A DNA stretch of 63,944 bases, filler included, from Octopus bimaculoides (taxonomy: Eukaryota): NCBI RefSeq assembly GCF_001194135.2. It is 7 parts of 6 records of this genome, joined end to end, with 100 filler letters (N's around TTAATTAATTAA, not from the genome) between each part and the next. Parts side by side here need not be neighbours in the genome. Positions count along the whole stretch, not along the records: positions 26,212 to 47,188 come from NW_026438688.1; positions 47,289 to 56,577 come from NC_069010.1; 5 more parts are not named here. One strand, written 5' to 3'. This document shows, one piece after another, positions 38,354 through 52,022 of the stretch. The position numbers and the translations under genes were made by a program. The notes under the pieces are model-generated. The model ran no database searches. It was not told the origin of the DNA and saw only the letters and a list, made by a program, of their open reading frames with translations. Position 1 is the first letter of the stretch, and each line of letters opens with the position of its first letter.

Positions 38354-40188
38354 CATGCCCGTATAGAACAAATTATGAACGCCAGAATGTCGTACGAGCC
38401 GAGACTGGCCTTTCGTTCGATGCCCTTTGTTCGAAAGAGAAGGATGTGGAAATATTGCTATGTGGGAATATGTTCAGATCTGGAAGTTATGAAGTAACAA
38501 TCACTTGAAGCATGAAAATATTGGAACATTACCAAGAAATAAATTGCGTTATACCAGACATCGGTGCCACAAAAATACTCTGAATTATAAACAAAGAACA
38601 TAATTTTTTTTATATAAATATATAAAATATATTTTGGTTTGCAGTGAAACTGCGTACAGCTACTGCTAGAAATAACTTTTCACATCTCCCTCAAAATCAT
38701 CTCCCCCTTTTTTTCTTTTTAAAATAAAGGAAGTATAGCATAGTGCAACCGTAAATACAAAACGCTTAAACATAAGATGGAGCGGTCATATCAAGAATGT
38801 TTTAGATCATATGATTGCTCTATGATGGCGGATCTGTTGTTATAAGCAATAACAGTGATATCAACCATTGCAAGTAAGGATAACATGAACCAGAAGAGGA
38901 ACATAATATGAACTATAAAATGTAAAAACAAGATCAAATATAAGTGCCACAATAACGTCAACTATATCAGTAACATCAACATCTACCATAGAAACAACAT
39001 CAGCCTAAGAACCAACAATACAGTCAACTATCATACCAACGAAATGGCAAGTTTAGTGTACTATAACAGTGGCTGTTATACGGTAGAAAAGACATTGCAA
39101 AACATCAGGGGTTCCTATTTACTACAGATGTATTTAAATATATATGAGCTTACCGAATTAGAAGCTAGTAGCTGAAGGTGATTGAAGCAAAGTTTGAATA
39201 AGCCACACGAGAGGAAATCTGTAACTCTGAAGTGTGTGTGCGCGCGCGCGTTTTTGTGTGTGTGTGTGTATGTGTGTGTGTGTGTGTNNNNNNNNNNNNN
39301 NNNNNNNNNNNNNNNNNNNNNNNNNNNNNNNNNNNNNNNNNNNNNNNNNNNNNNNNNNNNNNNNNNNNNNNNNNNNNNNNNNNNNNNNNNNNNNNNNNNN
39401 NNNNNNNNNNNNNNNNNNNNNNNNNNNNNNNNNNNNNNNNNNNNNNNNNNNNNNNNNNNNNNNNNNNNNNNNNNNNNNNNNNNNNNNNNNNNNNNNNNNN
39501 NNNNNNNNNNNNNNNNNNNNNNNNNNNNNNNNNNNNNNNNNNNNNNNNNNNNNNNNNNNNNNNNNNNNNNNNNNNNNNNNNNNNNNNNNNNNNNNNNNNN
39601 NNNNNNNNNNNNNNNNNNNNNNNNNNNNNNNNNNNNNNNNNNNNNNNNNNNNNNNNNNNNNNNNNNNNNNNNNNNNNNNNNNNNNNNNNNNNNNNNNNNN
39701 NNNNNNNNNNNNNNNNNNNNNNNNNNNNNNNNNNNNNNNNNNNNNNNNNNNNNNNNNNNNNNNNNNNNNNNNNNNNNNNNNNNNNNNNNNNNNNNNNNNN
39801 NNNNNNNNNNNNNNNNNNNNNNNNNNNNNNNNNNNNNNNNNNNNNNNNNNNNNNNNNNNNNNNNNNNNNNNNNNNNNNNNNNNNNNNNNNNNNNNNNNNN
39901 NNNNNNNNNNNNNNNNNNNNNNNNNNNNNNNNNNNNNNNNNNNNNNNNNNNNNNNNNNNNNNNNNNNNNNNNNNNNNNNNNNNNNNNNNNNNNNNNNNNN
40001 NNNNNNNNNNNNNNNNNNNNNNNNNNNNNNNNNNNNNNNNNNNNNNNNNNNNNNNNNNNNNNNNNNNNNNNNNNNNNNNNNNNNNNNNNNNNNNNNNNNN
40101 NNNNNNNNNNNNNNNNNNNNNNNNNNNNNNNNNNNNNNNNNNNNNNNNNNNNNNNNNNNNNNNNNNNNNNNNNNNNNNNNNNNNNNNN

Positions 40189-40228
<40 letters not shown>

Positions 40229-40230
<2 letters not shown>

Positions 40231-40430
40231 TGTGTTTGTCCCTCCACCATCGCTTGACAACCGATACTGGTGTGTTTACGGCCCCGTAACTTAGCGGTTC
40301 GGGAAAAAGTGCCCGATAGAATAAGTACCGGGCTTACAAAGAATAAGTCCTGGGGTTAATTTGTTCGGCTAAAAAGGCGGTGCTCCAGCATGGCCGCAGT
40401 CAAATGACTGAAACAAGTAAAAGAATAAAG
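40229..40430 (+). mobile_element. SINE family A, 3' half
   Basis: Family A body and tail. Confidence 0.9.
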
Positions 40431-40845
40431 GCATTCAAACAGTGAGTCTTCAACATTGTAACCTTCACTGCCTAACCATACTTATTTACACTCTCAATTC
40501 GCATTACCTTGCCAAGCAAGTTATACAAACATCAGGTCAGTTGGGTCGTTATGAGAACTTTTATGATGACACTAAGTTACACAAACTCTTTTTAGGCCAC
40601 ATTAAGGCAAATATTTTTGCTCATGTCACTGAACTCACTCTAGAGCTATATGGCCGATATACTTATACTTGCTTCGCCTATATCCCACTTACAAAAGCTT
40701 AATCATATACATGCAAATGTTTCATTCAGTCCTAGAATTCTCTTCTTCATCATGTCATACACAAATCAATGTTCGTGATATCGGTCACTGTAAACAACCT
40801 GCAACTGCCCACTACTATCCATGTAGTTTCTCTCAGCGGCCTATG

Positions 40846-41002
40846 TTGGTGTGTTTACGTCCCCGTAACTTAGCGGTTCGGCATAAGTTATCGATAGAAT
40901 AAGTATTAGGCTTACAAAGAATAAGTCCTGGTGTCAATTCGCTCGACCAAAGGCGGTGCTCCAGCATGGCTACAGTCAAATGACTGAAACAAGTAAAAGA
41001 GA
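40846..41002 (+). mobile_element. SINE family A, 3' part
   Basis: Family A body and tail. Confidence 0.88.
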
Positions 41003-41173
41003 ATATATACAGAGAGAGAGAGAGAGTGTGTGCATGTGTGTGTGGGGGGGTATGAGTGAGAGTGACTATTACTCACTCATTACTTGTTAACAAAATCACA
41101 TCTTAAACTACTAAACTGGCCATTTCTATCCTCTCTCCTCCTTTGCAAATTCACTTCTCTCTCCTTTACTACA

Positions 41174-41223
<50 letters not shown>

Positions 41224-43108
41224 AACTTCCCTCTCAAGCATGCCCAAATATTAACTCATTTCCTGTAATTCGCTACTACAGTTGAACTCAAGATGAACGA
41301 AAATATTTTCATTCTCCCCTTCAAGAGTTTGTTTCAAACACCGGAAACTCTTTTCCCAACGATATACGAACTTCAGAAATTTAAAAATTGTCCAATAAAT
41401 TTTGCTGACGCACACCACAGCATTCTCATTGTATCCTGGAACTCTAGACACACACAACCACGAGCATATATATACATANNNNNNNNNNNNNNNNNNNNNN
41501 NNNNNNNNNNNNNNNNNNNNNNNNNNNNNNNNNNNNNNNNNNNNNNNNNNNNNNNNNNNNNNNNNNNNNNNNNNNNNNNNNNNNNNNNNNNNNNNNNNNN
41601 NNNNNNNNNNNNNNNNNNNNNNNNNNNNNNNNNNNNNNNNNNNNNNNNNNNNNNNNNNNNNNNNNNNNNNNNNNNNNNNNNNNNNNNNNNNNNNNNNNNN
41701 NNNNNNNNNNNNNNNNNNNNNNNNNNNNNNNNNNNNNNNNNNNNNNNNNNNNNNNNNNNNNNATATATATATATACACATACACATATATTTACACATAC
41801 ATATATACACACACATGCATATACACACATACATATATACACATACATATACACACATACATACACAAACATATACACACATGCGTATATATATTTACAC
41901 GCACATATATATATATATATACACGCACATATATATATATACACACATATATACACACACACATATAAATATACATACATATATACACACACACATATAC
42001 ACATATATATACACATATTCATATGTGTACACACACTTGTATGTTTGCATTCATGTACGTACTCAAAGATAGAAAACAGGAGGAAGAGCGAGAGGAGGAT
42101 GGAAAGAACAGATCACCTGCTGCTGCGCATTTCATAAGTGAAGTTACCATAGAGTTTTATGGAAGCAATGTTGGCCGCTGTTCCCTCCCACCATTGTACA
42201 CATACAGCTTAACTACTAAAATCCATAACCCGTCTACCATTAAATGTCTTTTGCAGAGCTTCATTGCTAACACAGAGCCAGAAAAATAAACAAATGGGCC
42301 GCTTATATCACCAGGAGGAAAACTACTCATTACACCAAAATGTTGGTAGACGTTTGTCTGCAACGTAACTCATGCAAGAAGACCAGACAATAAAATACAC
42401 GGTTTCTTGCTGTTAGTCATTATTGCTGTTGTAGTTGTTGTTATTGTTGCTATTCTTCGTACGATTGATGTTTGTTTATTTCTTTGTTTCTGTGTGTGTG
42501 TGTGTGTGTGTGTGTGCGTTTTTTTTATTGTTGCTATTTTTATCTTGTTGTTCTACTTGATGTTTTCTACTATATGTATTGCTATGGTTGTGGTTTTTTG
42601 TTATCTTTTATGAATCTTTACTCTTGCTGCTGTTGCTGATGTTACATTTGTTGAATGTATACCTCATACTAATACATTTTGGCAGCTATGTTCATCTAAT
42701 ATCATGTATTTTAGCTGCGTTTTATTGTTATTACTTGTGTTGTTTTCGTCAGCAAGTAAAGCTAGTATTAGAACTACTGACGATCATTTTTCCCTGCCTA
42801 TGTGTATTTGTTTGCATGTATGTATGTAAGCATATGTTTCTATACATATACACACACCTACACGCACATACATGTATGTGTTCGTTTGCTAACTGAATTC
42901 GTATTGTCTATTTATTTATTGTTTTCGAATAATACATCCAAATTATGTCTATGTACTTAGGAATTTGCCGTAAATTGTGGCTTTCTTTTCTTTTTTTTTT
43001 TTTCATTTGTTTAATTTATACATATTTGCTAACTGAAACATTCATGAAACAATACGTACATAAATATTTGCATTCACACACATTTATACATATATATACA
43101 TATATATT

Positions 43109-43139
<31 letters not shown>

Positions 43140-43257
43140 TGTATATTCTCCCATATATATATGTATGTATACATACATATATATTTACATGTATCCATAC
43201 ATGTATACACATATATTTACCTGTATACACATGTATATACATGCACACACACACACA

Positions 43258-43300
<43 letters not shown>

Positions 43301-43944
43301 AATAAACATGCGTACATTTATACATTCATACATACTTAAATATATACACACTGTAAATACATACATATTTAAAATTTCTCTTTCATATATTCCTGCGTAT
43401 TCCTTTGTTAAACATGTTTGACAAGAGATTTGATCTTGGTTTGTATGTTGAAACTAATACAGTTGTTTAGAGATATACTTACATTACACCAAATCAAAAT
43501 ATACACAAACAGGCACATCGTTTCGGTTTTATTACAGTGCTGTAATAAATACGCAAAGGATAGATGAATCGCTGGAGCAGACGACAGTTATAACGTCGTG
43601 GATTATTTGAATTAAGTGAGCAACTGTCGTTTAAGTTCTGAGTTCAAATGCAGCAGAGGTAAGAAATACCAATTGCAGAAGCAAAGAATTATAACATACC
43701 AGCCAAAGGAACCGGAATAGTGGAAGGAAGTTGTTTCTTCAACAAAGATCGTACCCTTAAAATTGAAGTCGCTCTCATTTACTGAGCGATTCGAGTCATT
43801 TTATAGATTCGTGAAAGAAATAGGTATTTTGTAGAAACTGAGAGATAAATAGGCGATTGCACGTTTATAGTGTATAAAATCTAGTAATTAAAATAACTGG
43901 TCAAATTATGAATCTAATACATACATTCTTTAATTCTTTCATAT

Positions 43945-44120
43945 ACTTCAGTCATTTGACTGCGACCATGTTGTAGCACCGCATTTAGTTGAAGAAATCG
44001 ATTCCAGGATTAATTCTTTTTAAGCCTATTACTTATTCTATTGGTCTCTTTTGCCGAAGGGCTAGTTTATGGGGGCGTAAACACACCAACTTCAGTTGTC
44101 AAGCGATGGAGGGGGACCAA
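43945..44120 (-). mobile_element. SINE family A, 3' part (diverged)
   Basis: Reverse complement of the family A tail and body. Confidence 0.75.
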
Positions 44121-44290
44121 ACATTCGAAAAACGTTCGTTTTCTATGTTTTCGTTTCTCATTGTGTTTAACGTTTGTTTGATATCCTGTACCCATATATG
44201 CATGTATGTATACATATAAATGTAGGTATGTACATAATTGTATGGACATATGTATATATTTATATTATACGCACACACACATACACACAC

Positions 44291-44330
<40 letters not shown>

Positions 44331-47188
44331 NNNNNNNNNNNNNNNNNNNNNNNNNNNNNNNNNNNNNNNNNNNNNNNNNNNNNNNNNNNNNNNNNNNNNN
44401 NNNNNNNNNNNNNNNNNNNNNNNNNNNNNNNNNNNNNNNNNNNNNNNNNNNNNNNNNNNNNNNNNNNNNNNNNNNNNNNNNNNNNNNNNNNNNNNNNNNN
44501 NNNNNNNNNNNNNNNNNNNNNNNNNNNNNNNNNNNNNNNNNNNNNNNNNNNNNNNNNNNNNNNNNNNNNNNNNNNNNNNNNNNNNNNNNNNNNNNNNNNN
44601 NNNNNNNNNNNNNNNNNNNNNNNNNNNNNNNNNNNNNNNNNNNNNNNNNNNNNNNNNNNNNNNNNNNNNNNNNNNNNNNNNNNNNNNNNNNNNNNNNNNN
44701 NNNNNNNNNNNNNNNNNNNNNNNNNNNNNNNNNNNNNNNNNNNNNNNNNNNNNNNNNNNNNNNNNNNNNNNNNNNNNNNNNNNNNNNNNNNNNNNNNNNN
44801 NNNNNNNNNNNNNNNNNNNNNNNNNNNNNNNNNNNNNNNNNNNNNNNNNNNNNNNNNNNNNNNNNNNNNNNNNNNNNNNNNNNNNNNNNNNNNNNNNNNN
44901 NNNNNNNNNNNNNNNNNNNNNNNNNNNNNNNNNNNNNNNNNNNNNNNNNNNNNNNNNNNNNNNNNNNNNNNNNNNNNNNNNNNNNNNNNNNNNNNNNNNN
45001 NNNNNNNNNNNNNNNNNNNNNNNNNNNNNNNNNNNNNNNNNNNNNNNNNNNNNNNNNNNNNNNTGTGTGTGTGTGTGAATGCATGCATGGATTTATACAC
45101 AGAAACAGAGAGACATACACACTTTGCATTTGCTTGGCAAGTGATTTGATCTAAGATCGTGCATTGAAACTGAAACAATTACATCATGAAAGAGTCACTC
45201 GCGTACATATAATGAAGCACAATACACATACATACATTCTTGTCTGCCTGCTGGAGAAAACAACATCAACATACGGCCGCCTGTGTCTTAGCCAACGTTA
45301 CGCTCATGCGCATGAGCATTGGAACATTCGAATCTAAAAGGGAAAATCGCCATGTTTCTAGGGATGTATGCTCGTATGTATGTCGAACATATATGCATGG
45401 TTGGCATATTCGCTACGTGAGTGTGTGCATGCGGATGTGTCTGCATGCCTGTAACTGCATGTGTCCATGAAATGTGGTGGCAAGAGAATGGTGGGGCGTA
45501 TATGGGTGTGTTTCAGTGCATGCATGCGTTTAGAAATATAAAGGAAATTGTGAATAACATGTACTTTAGGAGGAAGTAGGAGTGTAGTTGCCATGGTTTG
45601 CCTGCCTACCGAAGTCTAACGACTTGTAAAGCGGATGTACACACTTACGCATTTACTCAGATATATAGTTATATACGTAAGTAGGTACACAATACATATG
45701 ACCATGTACGTTCATAAACGCATGTGTGTAGGTGTATATATATATATATATATATNNNNNNNNNNNNNNNNNNNNNNNNNNNNNNNNNNNNNNNNNNNNN
45801 NNNNNNNNNNNNNNNNNNNNNNNNNNNNNNNNNNNNNNNNNNNNNNNNNNNNNNNNNNNNNNNNNNNNNNNNNNNNNNNNNNNNNNNNNNNNNNNNNNNN
45901 NNNNNNNNNNNNNNNNNNNNNNNNNNNNNNNNNNNNNNNNNNNNNNNNNNNNNNNNNNNNNNNNNNNNNNNNNNNNNNNNNNNNNNNNNNNNNNNNNNNN
46001 NNNNNNNNNNNNNNNNNNNNNNNNNNNNNNNNNNNNNNNNNNNNNNNNNNNNNNNNNNNNNNNNNNNNNNNNNNNNNNNNNNNNNNNNNNNNNNNNNNNN
46101 NNNNNNNNNNNNNNNNNNNNNNNNNNNNNNNNNNNNNNNNNNNNNNNNNNNNNNNNNNNNNNNNNNNNNNNNNNNNNNNNNNNNNNNNNNNNNNNNNNNN
46201 NNNNNNNNNNNNNNNNNNNNNNNNNNNNNNNNNNNNNNNNNNNNNNNNNNNNNNNNNNNNNNNNNNNNNNNNNNNNNNNNNNNNNNNNNNNNNNNNNNNN
46301 NNNNNNNNNNNNNNNNNNNNNNNNNNNNNNNNNNNNNNNNNNNNNNNNNNNNNNNNNNNNNNNNNNNNNNNNNNNNNNNNNNNNNNNNNNNNNNNNNNNN
46401 NNNNNNNNNNNNNNNNNNNNNNNNNNNNNNNNNNNNNNNNNNNNNNNNNNNNNNNNNNNNNNNNNNNNNNNNNNNNNNNNNNNNNNNNNNNNNNNNNNNN
46501 NNNNNNNNNNNNNNNNNNNNNNNNNNNNNNNNNNNNNNNNNNNNNNNNNNNNNNNNNNTATATATATGTGTGTATAGATAGATAGAGAGATAGATACATA
46601 CACGCACACATATATATATACTCAAATACACACACACACACACACACGCACACATATACAACATGAGTCGAGGGAGTGAAAGAAGGAGGAGAGAATGAGT
46701 GGAAAAGTTTTCACGGGTTCCTCCTGCATTACAAAAATAATGATAAATGCAGTCTTCCGTTATGAAGAAAGTAATATCATAATTACTCAATTGAAATTAT
46801 ACGCACAGTTAAAAGAAAAGCCACTAAGGAAGAGCAATCGCAAATTTGGAAACAAAAACCGTTCAATTGTCTACATATAATTTATAAAAAAAAGAATTGC
46901 TCGTGAATATGATCCATAGTGGCTGTGGTGACAACTGGGTTTCGGCCATATTAAACCACATCAGCGGGCATTGTCTACTCACAGGTGCTGAGGTAGTATA
47001 ACGACTAATTAATAACATTGTGTGAAAAGTTATTCGTTGTATTTGTAGCTATAATGCGATCTATGTGCTTTTACATGCATATATATGGGCATGTATGTTT
47101 ATATGTATACAAATACATGGGTGTGTATGTTTATGTGCATATATATATATATAATATATATATATATAAAATATATATATAATATATA

Positions 47189-47288
47189 NNNNNNNNNNNN
47201 NNNNNNNNNNNNNNNNNNNNNNNNNNNNNNNNTTAATTAATTAANNNNNNNNNNNNNNNNNNNNNNNNNNNNNNNNNNNNNNNNNNNN
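47189..47288. other. artificial scaffold-join spacer
   Basis: 44 N + TTAATTAATTAA + 44 N. Confidence 0.97.
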
Positions 47289-47583
47289 GTGACACATGAG
47301 GTTTTTCGAGCGAGATCGTTGCCGGTGCCCCTGGACTGGCTCTTGTGCGGGTGGCACATAAAAGACACCATTTTGAGCATGGCCGTTTTCGTGCGGGTGA
47401 CATGTAAAAGCACCCACTACACTCTCTGAGTGGTTGGCGTTAGGAAGGGCATCCAGCTGTAGAAACTTTGCCAAATTAGATTGGAGCCTGGTGTTGCCAT
47501 CCGGTTTCACCAGTCCTCAGTCAAATCGTCCAACCCATGGAAAGCGGACGTTAAACGATGATGATGATGATGATGATGATGAT
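47289..47583 (+). mobile_element. retroposon family D with (GAT)n tail
   Basis: Near-identical to 17996-18223. Confidence 0.88.
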
Positions 47584-47966
47584 TGAAATCAGACTCCTCC
47601 TCACTGTTATAATTATGCTTATGTCGTTGTTGTTGTTGTTGCTGGTGGTGGCGGTGTCGGCGGCAGCGGCAGCGATGGTTTACCCTTGAGGCCTTCATCC
47701 ATGTGGATTCACTTACACACCATTGTATGGCTTGTGTCCTGTTGCTAAAGTAACTCAGCTGCTTCTCTTGGAAACAGCTGACGTTTTGGAAACAGCTGTT
47801 TCGGCACTGCCTATTTTGGCATCACTGATTCAATGCTGACTTATTTGACAGCAGATGTTTTAATATTTCTTGCATTCTCTCCGCTCTCTCAGTTGCTGTT
47901 TTAGGGAAGTGGTTATACACCATTAGGTGTATACCCGCTTCCGTACATTCAATTCTGAAGAAACAA

Positions 47967-48163
47967 CGTAACGCAGGCTCTGAACCATCAACACAACAAT
48001 ATTTATTTACAGAGGAAATAGGCAGCACTTCGCCCTTTGGTTGCTGAGACGCTGCTTGACACGTCCATGCTCATGGCTGGCCGGCCGAGAAAGAGAATGA
48101 ATAAGGGCGCCAAACTTCGATGTCCAATCACCACGCATGTGCACGAGAAAAGGCGTTACTACA
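47967..48163 (-). mobile_element. solo-LTR-like element, shorter copy
   Basis: Shares both ends and a ~120-bp core with 52487-52830; the minus strand starts TGTAGTAACGCC. Confidence 0.45.
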
Positions 48164-48337
48164 CTGTTTATGTGCGTGATATACTTCTGTGGGTTTTAAT
48201 GCTTCCCATGAATAAGACCATGAGTTCAAGCTTTGGGGAAAACTCGAGAACTCTATAGGTGAAAGCATGGTAAGAAGTTTGCTTCCAAGCAGCATGGTCT
48301 TGCAAAGTGGCACTGCATGACAACTCGGACAACTATT

Positions 48338-48600
48338 CATCATAATCATCATCATTTAATGTCTGTTTCCCATGCTGGCATGGGTTAGAGGGGTTGGACA
48401 GGATCTGGCAAGCTGTCAGAATTTTTTCACCAGACTTCAACTGTCTGGTTTTGCAGTGTTTCTACAACTGGATGCCCTTTCTGATGCCAACCACTTTACA
48501 GAGTGTATTGAGTGCTTTCTATATGGAACCAGCATGGGTGCTTTTATGTGACATCAGGACAAGTGATTTTTATATGGCATCAGCATGGGTGCTTGAAAAC
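48338..48600 (-). mobile_element. family D-related retroposon (diverged) with ~26-bp internal repeats
   Basis: (CAT)n, CATGCTGGCATGGGTT, CAACTGGATGCCCTTTCTGATGCCAACCACT, and ATATGGAACCAGCATGGGTGCTT units. Confidence 0.65.
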
Positions 48601-49462
48601 CTTTTTTGGATAAAAAAAAAANNNNNNNNNNNNNNNNNNNNNNNNNNNNNNNNNNNNNNNNNNNNNNNNNNNNNNNNNNNNNNNNNNNNNNNNNNNNNNN
48701 NNNNNNNNNNNNNNNNNNNNNNNNNNNNNNNNNNNNNNNNNNNNNNNNNNNNNNNNNNNNNNNNNNNNNNNNNNNNNNNNNNNNNNNNNNNNNNNNNNNN
48801 NNNNNNNNNNNNNNNNNNNNNNNNNNNNNNNNNNNNNNNNNNNNNNNNNNNNNNNNNNNNNNNNNNNNNNNNNNNNNNNNNNNNNNNNNNNNNNNNNNNN
48901 NNNNNNNNNNNNNNNNNNNNNNNNNNNNNNNNNNNNNNNNNNNNNNNNNNNNNNNNNNNNNNNNNNNNNNNNNNNNNNNNNNNNNNNNNNNNNNNNNNNN
49001 NNNNNNNNNNNNNNNNNNNNNNNNNNNNNNNNNNNNNNNNNNNNNNNNNNNNNNNNNNNNNNNNNNNNNNNNNNNNNNNNNNNNNNNNNNNNNNNNNNNN
49101 NNNNNNNNNNNNNNNNNNNNNNNNNNNNNNNNNNNNNNNNNNNNNNNNNNNNNTATTGAGTGCTTTCCACATGGAACCAGCATGGGCGCTTTCTATATGG
49201 AACCAGCATGGGTGCTTTTATGTGACATCAGGACAAGTGATTTTTATATGGCATCAGCATGGGTGCTTGAAAACCTTTTTTGGATAAAAAAAAAAATTCT
49301 GACAGCTGCATGTAGGACACAAACCCACATCTCCTATAAACATGACTGGCATTCGACGATTGAACCAAAGCAATCCTTTGGAATTCAATATCCGTTTTAG
49401 AAACCTTATTCTTAACAACAAGAATTCTATGTTGCTGACATCATGTATTTTTAATATTGCAG

Positions 49463-49672
49463 ATCAAAGGAGAGACTACATTCAACATTGACTTGGGTAT
49501 AGTCACATGTCATGATTTGAAGTTGAAGATTAATGCTTCAGTTGGTAATGATTTGGATAAGAAGGTTTACTATGCTGACTTAGGGACCACCTCTATGATT
49601 GCTTTTCCAATTGACATAGTCCATGACAATACTCACTATTTATATAAAATTAATACAGTGTCAAAGTTTAAG
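49463..49672 (+). CDS. A2M/TEP (CD109-like) family protein, internal exon (about MG3)
   Basis: ttgcAG|ATC...AAG|GTAAGT; 210 nt, phase 0-0; IKGETTFNIDLG...LKINASV...HYLYKINTVSKFK. Confidence 0.78.
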
Positions 49673-49739
49673 GTAAGTTCCAGTGACGAATTCAGAATTT
49701 CTCTTTCACATAACTATTTATGTGTCTGTCATTTATATA

Positions 49740-50110
49740 GGAGGTGCAATGGCCCATTGGTTAGGGCAGCGGACTCGCGGTCATAGGATCACGGTTTCGA
49801 TTCCCAGACCGGGCGTTGTGAGTGTTTATTGAGCAAAAACACCTAAAGTGCCACGAGGCTCCGGCAGGGGATGGTGGCGAACCCTGCTGTACTCTTCCAC
49901 CACAACTTTCTCTCACTCTTACTTCCTGTTTCTGTTGTACCTGTAATTCAAAGGGTCAGCCTTGTCACGCTGAATATCCCCGAGAACTATGTTAAGGGTA
50001 CACGTGTCTGTGGAGTACTCAGCCACTTGCACATTAATTTCACGAGCAGGCTGTTCCGTTGATCGAATCAGCTGGAACCCTCGATGTCGTAAGCGACGGA
50101 GTGCCAACAC
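49740..50110 (+). mobile_element. SINE family B, full length
   Basis: Matches 12041. Confidence 0.9.
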
Positions 50111-50286
50111 ATTTATATAACAATTTATGGTTAAAGCTGTTACCTAGTATTTCAACGTTTCATGTATAGGACCCTACCTTCAGGAGGAGCATTGATAGCT
50201 GATAACTTTCAAGACAAGAAAAGAGCAGGAAGAAAAATAGGAGGAAAAAAAGGAAAAAAAAGAACTTCCTCACCTATATAGGTGTA

Positions 50287-50443
50287 GGAGTGGCTGTGTG
50301 GTAAGTAGCTTGCTTACCAACCACATGGTTCCGGGTTCAGTCCCACTGCGTGGCACCTTGGGCAAGTGTCTTCTACTATAGCCTCGGGCCGACCAAAGCC
50401 TTGTGAGTGGATTTGGTAGACGGAAACTGAAAGAAGCCCGTCG

Positions 50444-50480
<37 letters not shown>

Positions 50481-50716
50481 ATATATGTGTGTGTGTTTGT
50501 GTGTCTGTTTGTCCCCCCCAACATCATTTGACAACCGATGCTGGTGTGTTTACATTTCCGTAACCTAGCGGTTCGGCAATAAGAGACCGATAGAATAAGT
50601 ACTAGGCTTCCAAAGAATAAGTCCTGGGGTCGATTTGCTCGACTAAAGGCGGTGCTCCAGCATGGCCACAGTCAAATGAGTGAAACAAGTAAAAGAGTAA
50701 AAGAGTAAAAGAGTAA
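50287..50716 (+). mobile_element. SINE family A, full length
   Basis: Head, microsatellite and tail are intact. Confidence 0.93.
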
Positions 50717-51173
50717 ATGGTGAGGAGGAACAATGATGGTTCAGTAGCAGATGCTGAGAGGTTAACCTCTTTACAGAGTGTACTGAGTACTTTTTTTTAT
50801 ATATGGCACCAGTAACTTTGAATTCATGAAGTAACTTGCAAGACAAGACCCCTCAACTGAGGTGGGGAGTAGTATTGAACTACAGAAAGAAAAAGGGAGC
50901 CTTGCATTAAGGGGTGGTGGGGAGCTCGGCTACCTCGGGTGGAGAGAAAATAGAGAGAGAAAAGATGGTGAAGAAGTGACAGGAAGTGGTTCGGTAGTGG
51001 GGGGGGGGGTGAGTTGGCTGGGGACTGGAGAGGGTGAGTGTGATGGAGGGACAAGCCCAAGTGTCTTGCTATTGAAGAGATACATGGCTACCCAACATTA
51101 CATGGGGTTGGGTGGGAGTAGTTGGAAAGCTCAAAAGAAGACAGAAATTATATAATTTTTATTTCTTTAACAG

Positions 51174-51347
51174 CTGAATGTGAAACGTGTAGATGGACGG
51201 CCTCTGACTGAAGAAGACAGAAAGAACCCTTTGAAAATGTCCATTAACATTAAGGGCTTCAGTTATAATTTATCTGCTGAGATCCCTGAAAATGGCATCG
51301 TTGAATTTGCATTTACTCCACCAAATGCTAGAAATTTGCGATCGCAG
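51174..51347 (+). CDS. A2M/TEP family protein, internal exon (about MG4)
   Basis: tttaacAG|CTG...CAG|GTAAAA; 174 nt, phase 0-0; LNVKRVDGRPLTEEDRKNPL...IPENGIVEFAFTPP. Confidence 0.82.
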
Positions 51348-51452
51348 GTAAAACCTTTTGCTATCTTTGTGTGTGTGTGTCTGTCGTTGTTAGTGTGTAT
51401 GTGTTGGAATGTATTTGTATAATTGTGTGTTTAACTTTTATCTTTTACTCAT

Positions 51453-51575
51453 GAAGGCACATGTAGCCTAGTGGTTAGAGTTTTGCACTCATGATTGCCA
51501 GATCATGGGTTCAGTTCCTGGACCTGGCAGCATTTTGTGTTCTTGAACAGAACACTTCACTTCACGTTGCTCTGG
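51453..51575 (+). mobile_element. SINE family E, 5' part
   Basis: GAAGGCACATGTAGCCTAGTGGTTAGAG...GGGTTCAGTTCC head. Confidence 0.7.
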
Positions 51576-51835
51576 TGCTTTGATAAAGTGTCGAGGTTTT
51601 ATAATAATAAACATCTGTTAAGTTAAAGGCATAAATCATCCAATGAAGAAATACTTTCTGTAGATTAAGAATAGGAAGACATATAAAAAGATAGTGTTAT
51701 TAGCTGTTAAATGAACTCGGATGTTCAATACTATTAATAAAAAGAACAACATCACTTATGTTATCGATGATTCTTTGTTGACTGCAGTATTACCCATGAA
51801 GCATAGAATTCAATTGTAGATATATGTAAAATATT

Positions 51836-51992
51836 CCTTTCTACTCTAGGCACAAGGCCTGAAATTTTTGGTGGGGTGGCAGTCGACTAGATCGACCCCA
51901 GTATGCAACTGGTACTTAATTTATCGACCCTGAAAGAATGAAAGGCAAAGTCGACCTCAGCAGAATTTGAACTCAGAATGTAAAGACAGATG
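51836..51992 (-). mobile_element. SINE family C, partial
   Basis: Matches 3467. Confidence 0.85.
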
Positions 51993-52022
51993 AATATATG
52001 TAAAATATTGTAAATAGGCACA

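Noticed and set aside
46930-46975. CTGATGT-GGTT..GGCC-GAAAC on the minus strand as a hammerhead
   Set aside because: A9 is mutated and there is no stem I pairing.
144-47510. Dozens of ORFs rich in YI/CV/HT/SL repeats or X
   Set aside because: They are translations of (AT)n, (GT)n and (CT)n tracts or read-through of N gaps; not coding.
47615-47689. Signal-peptide-like MLMSLLLLLLVVAVSAAAAAM as the TEP first exon
   Set aside because: It arises from (TTG)n/(GCG)n low complexity, the donor GTTTAC is weak, and MG1-MG2 exons would be missing.
50150-50190. CTGAAGG...GAAACGTT on the minus strand as a hammerhead
   Set aside because: Core is mutated and stems I and II pair poorly.
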